NCBI GenBank assembly: GCA_045600405.1
Contig: JAZRXV010000142.1
Coordinates: forward strand, 15,261-79,260
From: Candidatus Cryptobacteroides sp.
GTDB lineage: Bacteria; Bacteroidota; Bacteroidia; Bacteroidales; UBA932
Reading direction: 5' to 3'
Length of the DNA stretch: 64,000 nt
A program made the translations under genes and the position numbers. Shown here in pieces: positions 38,374-48,671 of this stretch (the stretch's first letter is position 1; every line of letters starts with the position of its first letter). The notes below the pieces were generated by a model. The model saw nothing but the letters and a program-made list of their open reading frames with translations. It did no database searches and had not been told where the DNA came from.

Positions 38374-39570
38374 ATGCGGGCTAAGTCCTTTATTCCTTTG
38401 ATCTCGTTGTTGATCGCCGTTTCCAGTATCCCTGTGTCAGGTCAAGTTTATTCCAGGACGGATTGGGCGGAGAGATGCCTGGATGACATCATGTCTGTCA
38501 TATCCTCCAGGCTTCCGGAATCCAATGGCGCACTCACTACAGAATCTCTTGAAATGGATGAGGAGAGTCTGGTGTTCACATATTCCGTCGCTGATCCCGG
38601 CTTATATGAAAGATTCAAGCGCCAGCAGCCCCAACTGGTGGCCGCATATTCCAGAAGCATGCAGAAAACCCTTGATGCCAACGGCCTGTTGCTGGTCCTG
38701 TTGTCCGATTTCGGAGTATCGGTAAAAAACGTATATTGTAATCCATCAAGGACGGATTCCATTTCCGTGATCATTCCGGTAGAAGAGTATGCAAAGATTA
38801 TCGGAAATCTCGTGACTGATAGTACGAGACATGATGCGGCGCGGAATTATCTGAAATGTTGTTTCCCTAATGACGGTGGGGATATGTCGGTGAACCTGAC
38901 GGACGAAGAATTGATCTTCTCACAAAGAGTCCATGAAAAGAAGGATGATTACCCGAAAATGGATGGACGAGAGGTCGTACACGACATAATCCGCGATACA
39001 TATGTTCAGGGCCTGGATACCAGGATTCTTTATGACCTGTGCGGATTCCTTGACGTTGACAGCAGGAATATTCTTATATTCGATGACCAGAGTGTCAGCA
39101 CGGATTACTCTGTCGGAGAGATATTTGAAGCCTATGTTGATGCATTGGAAATCACAAATTTCCTTGCATGGGATAAGGCAACGTCTGACGGGGATATCAA
39201 AGTGGTTTATTCAGACGAGGGTGTTGTCCAGCACAACATTGAGCATAATGATTTCTGGAAATCTTTTAAAAGTCCGGAATTCAAGGGGCGTGATAAGAAT
39301 GCCTTTGCAAAATGGGTGTCCGGCATGCTGGTTTATCCGGAAAACGCGAAAAGGTACGGTGTGGAGGGAGTTGTGAAGTTGAGGTTCACAATTGATGAAG
39401 AGGGCAATGTCACGGATATTGTTGTATTGGAAAGTGCGTGTCCATCAATGGACAAGGAAGCTGTGAGAGTGGTCAGCAAATCTCCGAAATGGACTCCGGC
39501 AATGGCGGACGGGCAAAAGGTCAAGTGTACTTTTGATTTCCCGGTTATTTTCAAATTAAAATCAGAGTAA
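38374..39570 (+). CDS. Exported protein with a C-terminal TonB domain
   Basis: Signal peptide; YPENAKRYGVEGVVKLRFTIDEEG...DKEAVRVV..SPKWTPA. Confidence 0.8.
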   Translation: MRAKSFIPLISLLIAVSSIPVSGQVYSRTDWAERCLDDIMSVISSRLPESNGALTTESLEMDEESLVFTYSVADPGLYERFKRQQPQLVAAYSRSMQKTLDANGLLLVLLSDFGVSVKNVYCNPSRTDSISVIIPVEEYAKIIGNLVTDSTRHDAARNYLKCCFPNDGGDMSVNLTDEELIFSQRVHEKKDDYPKMDGREVVHDIIRDTYVQGLDTRILYDLCGFLDVDSRNILIFDDQSVSTDYSVGEIFEAYVDALEITNFLAWDKATSDGDIKVVYSDEGVVQHNIEHNDFWKSFKSPEFKGRDKNAFAKWVSGMLVYPENAKRYGVEGVVKLRFTIDEEGNVTDIVVLESACPSMDKEAVRVVSKSPKWTPAMADGQKVKCTFDFPVIFKLKSE

Positions 39571-40218
39571 AATTGTTCCGGAGATTACGTTCAGTTCTTC
39601 AATTGAGTTGATGATGTAATCAGGATTGACCTGCCTGAGCATTTCTTCCGTGTGGTTGCCCCAGGTGACACCGCATACTTTGCATCCTGCGGCCTGTCCC
39701 ATCATCAGGTCGAATGTGGTGTCTCCGACCACCAATGCGTCATCAGGTGTTATACCATGGTTTTTCAGAATCAGGTTGACGATATCCGGGGCCGGCTTAT
39801 GGTTTTGGACATCTTCTGCGCAATAGGCGTCGCAGAAATATTGACTTATGCCAAGATTGTCTGATATGAGTTTCAGGGACCGGTGGCTGCGCGATGTGGC
39901 AATCACCATCCGTATCCCTCTTTCCTGAAGTGAAGTGAGGGTTTCCTTTACGCCGGGGAATGCTTTGATTGTCGGAATGGCAGTCTCGTCGAATACGCTG
40001 CGGTAGGTCCTTACACACTCGTCGGCCAGTTCGTCGCTTATCCCCTTGACCGCTACCAGGAAATTCTTCTTGAGCGGCAGTCCTATTGTGGCGGTTATTT
40101 CGCTGTCAGTAGGCGAAGGGATGCCCAGTATCTCCATTGTCTTCTTGAAAGTGGCAATGATCCCGGCATTGGTGTCAGCCAGGGTGCCGTCAAAATCGAA
40201 TATGATATAGCTGGCCAT
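39562..40218 (-). CDS. HAD-family hydrolase (phosphoglycolate-phosphatase-like)
   Basis: FDFDGTL, ATS, KPAPD, VGDTTFD, GVTWG. Confidence 0.88.
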   Translation of the reverse strand: MASYIIFDFDGTLADTNAGIIATFKKTMEILGIPSPTDSEITATIGLPLKKNFLVAVKGISDELADECVRTYRSVFDETAIPTIKAFPGVKETLTSLQERGIRMVIATSRSHRSLKLISDNLGISQYFCDAYCAEDVQNHKPAPDIVNLILKNHGITPDDALVVGDTTFDLMMGQAAGCKVCGVTWGNHTEEMLRQVNPDYIINSIEELNVISGTILL

Positions 40219-40469
40219 CTTTATCCTGATTTCCTTTGCAAAGGTAAGAAGCTGTTTTGAATTTATCAATCTCGATTCTTAAGGATCTTTTCGTCATCTT
40301 TGCTGCCTTCACTCAGTCATGCAGCAACAACTGCACTCCTTCGTTCAGGCATCAAACCTGCTCGAAAATATCTCATGATAAACTTCGGTGACAAATTTCA
40401 AAACAGCTTCTATACTATTGGGAATTTTTTTCTAAATTTGTACAAATGGTCAAATACAAATCAATCTAT

Positions 40470-41687
40470 ATGATGAAGAGAATTTATATTGTTTTTGCCG
40501 CAATTGCCGCTTTTTCCGCAGTTGCCGGTGCACAGGCCAAGCCGAAAGTGGAATGGCCTGACTACAAGTTCGAGACAGTCAAGGCAAACCCTATCACTTC
40601 AGTGAAGAATCAGGCATCCAGCGGTACCTGCTGGGCTTTTTCTGCCATAGGTTTCGTTGAGTCGGAAATCATAAGGATCAACAATATCAAGGATGAAGCT
40701 AAATATCCGGATCTGTCCGAGTTCTTTGTCGTGAGCCATTCGTATTCTGACCGTGCGGAGAAGTATGTCCGTCTGGACGGGAATCTTACATTCGGAGCAG
40801 GTTCCGAGGCTGATGATGTCATTGACGTCATACGTGAATACGGTATGGTTCCGAACGAGGCCATGACAGGAATGAATTATGGCACACCTCTTCCGGCACA
40901 GTCAGAGTTGGATGCAGTCCTCAGGGCCTATGTCCAGGCAGTCGCCAAGGTCCCTAACCGCAACGGCCTGACAACTGCGTGGAAGCGTGGTTTCGACGGA
41001 ATTCTTTCAGCATATCTTGGAGAATATCCTGAGTCTTTCACCGTTGACGGAAAGGAATATACCCCGGCATCATACCGTGACGCCATGAAATTCAATCCTG
41101 ACGATTATGTGTCGATCACTTCATACACACACCATCCATTCTATACACAGTTCGCTGTGGAGGTTTGTGACAACTGGCGTTGGAACAAGTCATACAATGT
41201 CCCTATTGATGAGTTGATGGCGACTTTGGACAATGCCCTTGAGAACGGCTATACTGTGGCGTGGGGTGCAGACGTAAGCGATCCCGGTTTCACCCGTGAC
41301 GGCTATGCCATTCTCGTTGATGTCGCAAAGACGGCTGCTGCCGGTTCCGATCAGGATCACTGGGTAGGACCTGCAGACGCTCAGAAGAAGGAGACCGCGG
41401 CAAAGCCTGACAAGCCTGTAGTCGAGAAGGAGGCCACTCAGGAGACACGCCAGAAGGGATTCGACGAGAAGAACATCACAGATGACCACGGCATGCAGAT
41501 TTATGGTATCGCCAAGGACCAGTGGGGCAACAAATATTACATGGTGAAGAATTCATGGGGCAAGACCGGCAAGTTCGATGGCCTGTGGTATGCTTCTGAG
41601 GCATATGTCCGCAATCAGACCCTGGATATCATGGTGCATAAGACTGCGGTCCCTAAGGATGTTACAAAGAAACTTGGTATCAAGTAA
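40470..41687 (+). CDS. C1-family cysteine aminopeptidase (PepC-like), exported
   Basis: NQASSGTCWAFS, DDHGM, VKNSWG; signal peptide; start could be 40446. Confidence 0.9.
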   Translation: MMKRIYIVFAAIAAFSAVAGAQAKPKVEWPDYKFETVKANPITSVKNQASSGTCWAFSAIGFVESEIIRINNIKDEAKYPDLSEFFVVSHSYSDRAEKYVRLDGNLTFGAGSEADDVIDVIREYGMVPNEAMTGMNYGTPLPAQSELDAVLRAYVQAVAKVPNRNGLTTAWKRGFDGILSAYLGEYPESFTVDGKEYTPASYRDAMKFNPDDYVSITSYTHHPFYTQFAVEVCDNWRWNKSYNVPIDELMATLDNALENGYTVAWGADVSDPGFTRDGYAILVDVAKTAAAGSDQDHWVGPADAQKKETAAKPDKPVVEKEATQETRQKGFDEKNITDDHGMQIYGIAKDQWGNKYYMVKNSWGKTGKFDGLWYASEAYVRNQTLDIMVHKTAVPKDVTKKLGIK

Positions 41688-42406
41688 TGTCTATCAGAAA
41701 GTATATCCCAAATACAGTCACCTCGATGAATCTCGTATGCGGAGTCATCGGGGTGGTTTTCGCTTTCAAGGGACGCTTTGACATCGCCTTCCCCTTGATG
41801 CTTCTTGCTGCTGTCTTCGATTTCCTCGATGGTTTCGCAGCCCGTGCGCTTGATTCGTATTCTGACATGGGCAGGGAACTGGATTCACTCTGTGATCTCG
41901 TGAGTTTCGGAGTGCTGCCTTCCATCATGCTGTACAGCCTGATGAAAACCTGCTCGTTCGGGGAGAACTGGACATGCTGGATCCCTTTGGTGATTGCTGT
42001 TTTCAGCGCTCTCAGGCTTGCCAAGTTCAATGTGGATGAGCGTCAGCATGACAGTTTTATAGGATTACCGACGCCTGCCTGTGCTATCCTGTGCGGTGCG
42101 CTGTGCTATTTCGTGGCCAGCACTCCGGCCAGTCTCCTGTCCACATGGGCTTCGGGACCGGTTTTCATTCCTCTGCTGTCCGTAGTTGTGTCATATCTGC
42201 TGGTGAGTGAGATACCGATGTTCTCCCTCAAGTTCCATAAGGATGACCCTTCCGGCCTGAAGGGCAAAAGGCTGGCCATGGCGCTGACTGTCGTGGCGGC
42301 CGCGATTGTCGCCCTGATATTCTCGCTGAACTGGTCTTTCGTACCTATGGTGACTTTCGTCCTGTACGTACTTAAGAATATTGTTTACCGTATTGTCGGT
42401 ATTTAA
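41687..42406 (+). CDS. pssA: CDP-diacylglycerol--serine O-phosphatidyltransferase
   Basis: DFLDGFAAR...GRELDSLCD, LRLAKFN, FIGLPTP. Confidence 0.9.
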   Translation: MSIRKYIPNTVTSMNLVCGVIGVVFAFKGRFDIAFPLMLLAAVFDFLDGFAARALDSYSDMGRELDSLCDLVSFGVLPSIMLYSLMKTCSFGENWTCWIPLVIAVFSALRLAKFNVDERQHDSFIGLPTPACAILCGALCYFVASTPASLLSTWASGPVFIPLLSVVVSYLLVSEIPMFSLKFHKDDPSGLKGKRLAMALTVVAAAIVALIFSLNWSFVPMVTFVLYVLKNIVYRIVGI

Positions 42407-42448
42407 GGCCGTTTTTTTGTAAATTTGCATTACAATCAGTCATCGGGG

Positions 42449-43534
42449 ATGAAATTCAAGTCAATTGCCGCTCTTGCTTTGCTTCCGGCCGCAGTCTCAT
42501 GTGTGATGAGAACCGAGGCCGGCGCCGACATGCATCCGTTCGTTTCCGCCATCCTTCAGGACCGGTACGGCGATGATTACAGGATGCTGCAGGCCACAGC
42601 ATGCCCGGACCCTGATGGTGATGTCTATATCATCGGCGACGAGGAGCATGTCCTGCATCTTGCAGATTATCTGTCAATTTGCGACCTGCATGATAATGTC
42701 GACGGTTCTGCCGGGCCTGACGGCCTTCCTGATTTTGCCGGGGAGACAATATCATGCATAGTGGATACCTCATCGGTCATCTCCGGTGAACGCTTCCGTG
42801 AGTCAGTTGTCCGCTGCGTCCTGGAGGCTGTCGACACTGTCTTTCACATCACTCCGTATGATATCGAGGGGATAGGACACAAGGCCCCGGCCAAACTGAT
42901 TGTTCTTGCCTGTCCTCAGTATTCCAGATTGTCATCGCATGATATCGATACTTTGCTGACTGCTTCGGGGTCCGGGATCCGTTTCATTTCATCTACGGAT
43001 GATGTGTTCGGGAATCTTGCCGCGGCGCGCTCCGGTAAGGAATTCTCTCTGAGTGTGATAAGTGACAGTAAGTATTCCGATTACGACCTGTATGAGGACA
43101 GTTTCCGTAATGCGTGCAAGCGTGCCGGTGTGCCGGACGGGAAACTGACCGTATTCCCGGCCTCACCGTCGAATCCCGACAGCCTGATGCTATCAATTCT
43201 TGATTCCTATACCGGCTCCGGGGCCGATGAGGCCATCAATGCTTTCGTCGTAGATGATTGCTCCTTTGATGTCAATGAATTGAAAGCCAGCCTGGCCAGT
43301 CTGGTTTCCGTAACCAATGAACGTTCCGTGAAATACGGCAAACTCGTTTCGCAGGATTTCCGGATGGCCGGTACCGTGGATATCGTGACATCGTTATGTT
43401 ACGACGCTCTAAGGAAAGGCAATTTATTCACTCACAATATAGCCAAACCTCAGGTCAGTATCTATTATGTCACCCCGGAACCGGAAGGTGGCAGTGGACT
43501 GTTCCTAGTGCCTGGATTTTATGTACAAAATTAG
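42449..43534 (+). CDS. Lipoprotein, probable degenerate Asp/Glu-racemase-family homologue
   Basis: Lipobox AVSC; DNVDG...PDGLPDFAGE and KLIVLAC; canonical ACNT and LGCTH motifs not intact. Confidence 0.5.
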   Translation: MKFKSIAALALLPAAVSCVMRTEAGADMHPFVSAILQDRYGDDYRMLQATACPDPDGDVYIIGDEEHVLHLADYLSICDLHDNVDGSAGPDGLPDFAGETISCIVDTSSVISGERFRESVVRCVLEAVDTVFHITPYDIEGIGHKAPAKLIVLACPQYSRLSSHDIDTLLTASGSGIRFISSTDDVFGNLAAARSGKEFSLSVISDSKYSDYDLYEDSFRNACKRAGVPDGKLTVFPASPSNPDSLMLSILDSYTGSGADEAINAFVVDDCSFDVNELKASLASLVSVTNERSVKYGKLVSQDFRMAGTVDIVTSLCYDALRKGNLFTHNIAKPQVSIYYVTPEPEGGSGLFLVPGFYVQN

Positions 43535-44189
43535 CATTTCGCCTGAAGAGATAGATAGTATGCCGCAGGGGACATTCCCTGGGGACATACATGTGATTAC
43601 TAAAGGTGGTTTTGAGTATGCGAAGGCGATAGCGTACCTCAAGCAGCAGAAAGTGATAGGGTTTGATACGGAGACCCGTCCGGTGTTCGAACCGGGCAAG
43701 CCTCACAGGCATACAGCCCTGCTTCAGTTGTCAGGGGCAGACCGTGCATATCTTTTCCGGGTGCATAAGATGGGTATGCGCAGACTTGTCTGCTCCATAC
43801 TCTCCAATCCGAATATTATCAAGGTCGGAGCTGCCGTCCATGATGATATCAGGGGCCTGCAATATTATTCCAAATACGAGCCCCGCGGTTTTGTCGACCT
43901 TCAGAAAATAGTGTGGGAGTGGGGTATAAGGGATAAGAGCGTCAAGAAAATGGCTGCCAACATCCTCGGGTGCAGGATATCCAAGACCCAGCAGCTTTCC
44001 AATTGGGAGGCTCCGGAATTGAGCCCGTCCCAGCAGATGTATGCGGCCACCGATGCATGGGTGTGCCGCGAGATGTATCTAAGGCTGCTATCTTCCGAGA
44101 AGCATCCTCTCACTCCGGAACAGCTTGCTCCTGCACCTCCTCAGAATCAGATAAAAAATGATCAGGATAATACTGAAAAAAGGGCGTGA
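43521..44189 (+). CDS. 3'-5' exonuclease (DEDDy, WRN/RNase D-like)
   Basis: GFDTETRP, LLQLS, SNWE, YAATDAW. Confidence 0.88.
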   Translation: MYKISISPEEIDSMPQGTFPGDIHVITKGGFEYAKAIAYLKQQKVIGFDTETRPVFEPGKPHRHTALLQLSGADRAYLFRVHKMGMRRLVCSILSNPNIIKVGAAVHDDIRGLQYYSKYEPRGFVDLQKIVWEWGIRDKSVKKMAANILGCRISKTQQLSNWEAPELSPSQQMYAATDAWVCREMYLRLLSSEKHPLTPEQLAPAPPQNQIKNDQDNTEKRA

Positions 44190-45342
44190 CGAGTCGTTGC
44201 GCCGCTTTCATCCGTGGGTTTTTTCAGGAGCGATAGCCCAGATTCAGGGCTCCCCGGCAGAAGGGGACCTGGTTGCCGTTCACACCGCAGACGGGCAGTT
44301 CCTTGCCTGTGGCCATTATCAGATCGGCTCCATTGCCGTAAGGGTGTTGAGTTTCAACGGGGATCCAACTGCATCCGATTTCTGGTACAATGCCATTTCA
44401 AGGGCATATTCCGTGCGTGCATCCATCAATCTTGAGGATACTACCTGTTTCCGCCTGGTACATGGTGAGGGTGACGGGCTTCCGGGTCTTATCATCGACT
44501 GGTATGACGGCGTTTGCGTGATGCAGGCCCACAGTGTCGGTATGTTCAGGTCAAAGACCCGGATCTGCGAGGCTCTGAAAGCCGTTTTCGGGGATTCGCT
44601 GAAAGCTGTGTACGACAAGAGCTCAGGGACTGCTCCTTTCAAGGCCGGACTGGATCTTGTTGACGGCTATCTTTGGAAAAGAGACGGTTTTTCAGGTGCC
44701 GAGAATGAAGTCCTGGAGAACGGCAGGAAATTCATAGTCAATTGGGAGGAGGGGCAGAAAACAGGCTTCTTCCTTGACCAGAGGGATAACAGGGCCCTCG
44801 TGGGGAGACTTGCCAAAGGCAGGAAAGTGCTTAACCTTTTCTGCTATACGGGCGGTTTCAGCGTCTATGCTGCCACTGCGGGTGCGGTTTCCGTGGATTC
44901 TGTGGATTCTTCCGCAAGGGCCATAGACCTGGTCAACAGGAATATGGAGCTCAATCATCCTGATTCTGCATCTTATGAGAGTTACTGCACGGATGCCATA
45001 GAATTCCTCGGTAAGTGTGAGGAAGGGAAATATGACCTGATAATCGTGGACCCTCCTGCATTCGCAAAGCACAGGGGAGCATTGCACAACGCCCTGAGGG
45101 CCTATCAGAGGCTGAATGCCGCAGCCATATCAAAAGTGGCGCCGGGAGGATTCGTCTTCACTTTCAGCTGCTCCCAGGTGGTGGACAAGATCACTTTTGC
45201 CAACACCGTTTTCTCCGCAGCTGCCCAGACAGGACGGAGTGTGCGCATACTTGACCGCCTTTGCCAGGGTGCGGATCATCCGGTCAACATATATCATCCT
45301 GAGGGTGAGTATCTGAAGGGACTGCTGTTGTATGTTGAATAA
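44158..45342 (+). CDS. rlmI: 23S rRNA m5C1962 methyltransferase-like
   Basis: HPWVFSG, HGEGDGLPG, GQKTGFFLDQRDNR, DPPAFAK, FSCS, EYLKG. Confidence 0.88.
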   Translation: MIRIILKKGRDESLRRFHPWVFSGAIAQIQGSPAEGDLVAVHTADGQFLACGHYQIGSIAVRVLSFNGDPTASDFWYNAISRAYSVRASINLEDTTCFRLVHGEGDGLPGLIIDWYDGVCVMQAHSVGMFRSKTRICEALKAVFGDSLKAVYDKSSGTAPFKAGLDLVDGYLWKRDGFSGAENEVLENGRKFIVNWEEGQKTGFFLDQRDNRALVGRLAKGRKVLNLFCYTGGFSVYAATAGAVSVDSVDSSARAIDLVNRNMELNHPDSASYESYCTDAIEFLGKCEEGKYDLIIVDPPAFAKHRGALHNALRAYQRLNAAAISKVAPGGFVFTFSCSQVVDKITFANTVFSAAAQTGRSVRILDRLCQGADHPVNIYHPEGEYLKGLLLYVE

Positions 45343-45399
45343 TTTTTTGTAAATTTGTTCGAACGTGAACGTTTAACATTAAACCATAATCAATTAAAC

Positions 45400-46095
45400 A
45401 TGAAAAAGTATTTTGCAGAGTGCATCGGAACAATGGTTCTGACACTTTTGGGCTGCGGTACCGCAGTTTTCGTAGGTTGCGGTGATACAGCTGGCGTATT
45501 TGCCACAGCTGCAGCATTCGGACTTTCTGTAATTGCGATGGCTTATACCATCGGCGCAATCTCAGGTTGCCATATCAATCCTGCAATCACCCTCGGTGTC
45601 GTCCTCAGCAAGAGGATGAGCTGGAAGGATGCATGCGGATATTGGGCCGGTCAGTTCATCGGTGGTCTCATCGGTGCTGCTATCCTCTTCGCCATCGTCA
45701 AGGTGACAGGGGCTCCTGGCGCAATGGGCAATCCTGCCGGACTCGGCACCAACGGTGTTGCCAATGCTGGCGGTGCAGGTGGTGCATGCCTCGTCGAAAT
45801 CGTTGCCACATTCCTCTTTGTCCTTGTTGTTCTCGGGACAACTGACGACAAGAAGGGCGCCGGCAACCTTGCAGGTCTCGCCATCGGTCTTACCCTTGTA
45901 CTCATCCACCTCGTGTGCATCAACCTCACCGGCACATCAGTCAACCCGGCCCGTTCATTCGGACCAGCTGTTTTCGCCGGCGGACAGGCTCTCAAGGATG
46001 TCTGGGTATTCATCGTTGCTCCTTTCATCGGTGGCGCTCTTGCTGCTCCGGTTTGGAAGTGCCTCGCCTGCGAGTGCGGAAAGTGCGAGAAATAA
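45400..46095 (+). CDS. MIP-family aquaporin
   Basis: SGCHINPA and TSVNPARS motifs; about 6 TM helices. Confidence 0.92.
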   Translation: MKKYFAECIGTMVLTLLGCGTAVFVGCGDTAGVFATAAAFGLSVIAMAYTIGAISGCHINPAITLGVVLSKRMSWKDACGYWAGQFIGGLIGAAILFAIVKVTGAPGAMGNPAGLGTNGVANAGGAGGACLVEIVATFLFVLVVLGTTDDKKGAGNLAGLAIGLTLVLIHLVCINLTGTSVNPARSFGPAVFAGGQALKDVWVFIVAPFIGGALAAPVWKCLACECGKCEK

Positions 46096-46116
46096 TCCCT
46101 ATTCAGCAATTTCAAC

Positions 46117-46145
46117 GGGCCGGCTGCTTTGAGCCGGCCTTTTTT
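46117..46145 (+). terminator. Intrinsic terminator after the aquaporin gene
   Basis: GGCCGGCT-gctttg-AGCCGGCC-TTTTTT. Confidence 0.85.
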
Positions 46146-46224
46146 ATGCCCTTTGTGATGGAAAAACCGTGAAAAACTTGGCTTTGCGGATACTTTTTGC
46201 TATTTTTCTGCGATATATTGTGAT

Positions 46225-47253
46225 ATGGAAAGACATGTGTTGCATTTGGACCGCCGCTTTGATTTTGAGTGTGGTGGGTATATAGATTCTCCGGACCTGG
46301 TTTATTTCACTTCCGCCAGGGAATACAGACCGGGGGAGAAAGTTGTGTGGGTGTGTCATGCATTGACCGGCAATTCGAATCCGGAAGACTGGTGGCCCGA
46401 GATGGTAGGTCCCGGACGGCTTTTCGATCCGGACAAATATTATATCGTCTGCGTCAGTATGCTGTGCTCTCCATATGGTGAGTGCAGTCCGGCAACGATC
46501 AATCCGGCAACCGGCCGTCCTTATCTTCTTGATTTCCCCAAAACGACCATAAGGGATGTCGTCAATGCCAATATTCTTGTAAGGAAGCATCTTGGGATCG
46601 AGAAGATAGATATGATGCTCGGGCCGTCCATCGGAGGTTTTCAGACGGTCGAGTGGACATACATGGAGCCGGATGTCATACTGAATTCCGTGTTCCTTGC
46701 AACGTCCGTCAAGGCTCTCCCGTTCCTCACTGCTTTCAATGAGTCGCAGAGGATGGCGCTTCGTGCTGACAGTACCTTCATGGCAGCCGAGGACATCCAC
46801 GGCGGCGAGGCCGGTCTGATGTGCGCCCGTTCGATAGCCCTGATTTCGTATAGGACCAGTATGGGATACAATGTCAGCCAGAAGGAGGAGGACGTTGATG
46901 TGATATTCTCCGATAAAGCTGCGTCATATCAGCGCTATCAGGGGCTCAAGCTTGTCAGGAGGGGCTTTGATGCCTATGGCTACTGGTACCTTTCCTATGC
47001 GCTCGACTCGATGAATGTAGGCCGTGGACGCGGTGGCGTGGAGAACGCCCTGCGGTCTATCAAGGCACACTGCATACTGATCGGCATCACTACCGACCAG
47101 CTGTTCCCGTCCGATCTTCTGAAGGAGGCGTCGGAGATAATTCCGGATGCCGATTTCCACGAGATCGACTCAATTTTCGGTCATGACGGTTTTCTCATTG
47201 AGAATGAACAGCTTGACGCTATACTCAGACCATACGTAGAAAAATACCTTTAG
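46225..47253 (+). CDS. metX: Homoserine O-acyltransferase (MetX family)
   Basis: CHALTG, GPSIGG, TDQLFP, GHDGFLIE. Confidence 0.9.
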   Translation: MERHVLHLDRRFDFECGGYIDSPDLVYFTSAREYRPGEKVVWVCHALTGNSNPEDWWPEMVGPGRLFDPDKYYIVCVSMLCSPYGECSPATINPATGRPYLLDFPKTTIRDVVNANILVRKHLGIEKIDMMLGPSIGGFQTVEWTYMEPDVILNSVFLATSVKALPFLTAFNESQRMALRADSTFMAAEDIHGGEAGLMCARSIALISYRTSMGYNVSQKEEDVDVIFSDKAASYQRYQGLKLVRRGFDAYGYWYLSYALDSMNVGRGRGGVENALRSIKAHCILIGITTDQLFPSDLLKEASEIIPDADFHEIDSIFGHDGFLIENEQLDAILRPYVEKYL

Positions 47254-47255
47254 AA

Positions 47256-48671
47256 ATGGCAAGAAACATTTCCGTCTGCGATATTACATTGCGGAAGTCT
47301 GCGGACAATTCCGGCAGCGCACTTCCGTTCCGGATCAAGATCGAAGTCGCCAAACTTCTTTCGGGGCTCGGTGTATCCGTTATAGAAACTTCCCCTATAC
47401 TTAATGGGAAGACAGATTATTTCCTGGTCAAATCCCTGGCATCAGCAGTGTCTGCCAGCACGGTCTCCGTGCCTGTCAATATACTTGATGCCGCCAGTCC
47501 GGCAACGGCATGGGATGCACTGAAGGATGCAGCGCATCCGAGGCTTCAGGTGCCCGTACCGGTCAGCACTGTCCAGATGGAATACTTCTGCCACAAGAAG
47601 CCGGAGGGAATCCTGAAGCTCGTCGCTGACAATGTCGCTGCGTGTGCGGCCCTTTGCCCGGAGGTAGAATTCGTCGCCGAGGATTTCGGACGCAGTGACC
47701 CCGACTTCCTTATGTCGGCCATTGATACGGCTGTCAGCAATGGCGCCAAGGTAATAACGGTTGCCGATGCTGCCGGTAACCTTCTGGAAGATGAATTCTT
47801 CGCATCCATCAGGAAGATACGTGAGGCTATCCCGGCGGAAGTCAAATTGGGAGTGTATTGTTCCAATGACCTCTATCTTGCTGACTCCTGCGCGGTTTCT
47901 GCGGTCAGGGCCGGTGCTGATGAGGTCAAGGTCGTATCCATGGGCAATCCGACGGTCTCCCTCAAGAGGTTCCCGCGCATCCTCAATGCAAAGGCTGATG
48001 TATGCGATGCCGTTTGTGGTGTGAAACTCACCGAACTTGACCATGTCATAGCCAAGATCCATAAGTTGTGTGAAGTATGCCGTGCGAAGTCTCCTACTTC
48101 TCTGGGGCTGCCTTCCGGCAGCGATGAGATACGTCTCTCTGTCCATGATGACATGGCATCGGTGCTCAATGTCATCAGCAGCCTTGGATATGACCTCGGC
48201 GAAGAGGACAGCAGGAAGGTCTATGATGCATTCGTACGCCTCTCATCCGGTGACAAGGTAATAGGAGCCAAGGAGATAGATGCTATCGTTGCATCTGTGG
48301 CATTCCAGGTGCCTCCAACCTTCCATATGGAGAGTTTTGTGATAAATACGGGCAATGTTATGACGCCTACCTGCCACATAAGACTGAGGAAAGGTGATGA
48401 GATGCTTGAAAGCGTGTGCATAGGTGACGGACCTGTGGATGCCGCATTCCTTGCAATAGAGAAGGTTGTCGGCCGTCATTTCGAACTGGATGATTTCCAG
48501 GTCCGGAGCGTTACGGAAGGCCGGGAAGCCATGGGTGAGACCATAGTCCGTCTGCGTCACGACGGACGCCTTTATTCGGGAAGGGGAGTCTCAAAGGATA
48601 TCATAGCATCAGGCGTGCTTGCATACCTGAATGCTGTCAATAAGATAGCATACGAGGAGGAACAGGCTTGA
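47256..48671 (+). CDS. Degenerate 2-isopropylmalate-synthase-like protein with intact C-terminal regulatory domain
   Basis: DITLRKSAD instead of DTTLRDGEQ; GVYCSND instead of HxHND; conserved GDGPVDA...GRGVSKDII. Confidence 0.8.
   Translation: MARNISVCDITLRKSADNSGSALPFRIKIEVAKLLSGLGVSVIETSPILNGKTDYFLVKSLASAVSASTVSVPVNILDAASPATAWDALKDAAHPRLQVPVPVSTVQMEYFCHKKPEGILKLVADNVAACAALCPEVEFVAEDFGRSDPDFLMSAIDTAVSNGAKVITVADAAGNLLEDEFFASIRKIREAIPAEVKLGVYCSNDLYLADSCAVSAVRAGADEVKVVSMGNPTVSLKRFPRILNAKADVCDAVCGVKLTELDHVIAKIHKLCEVCRAKSPTSLGLPSGSDEIRLSVHDDMASVLNVISSLGYDLGEEDSRKVYDAFVRLSSGDKVIGAKEIDAIVASVAFQVPPTFHMESFVINTGNVMTPTCHIRLRKGDEMLESVCIGDGPVDAAFLAIEKVVGRHFELDDFQVRSVTEGREAMGETIVRLRHDGRLYSGRGVSKDIIASGVLAYLNAVNKIAYEEEQA

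Noticed and set aside
47256-48671. Annotating as functional leuA
   Set aside because: Metal-binding and catalytic motifs are absent, and no leuBCD genes are adjacent.
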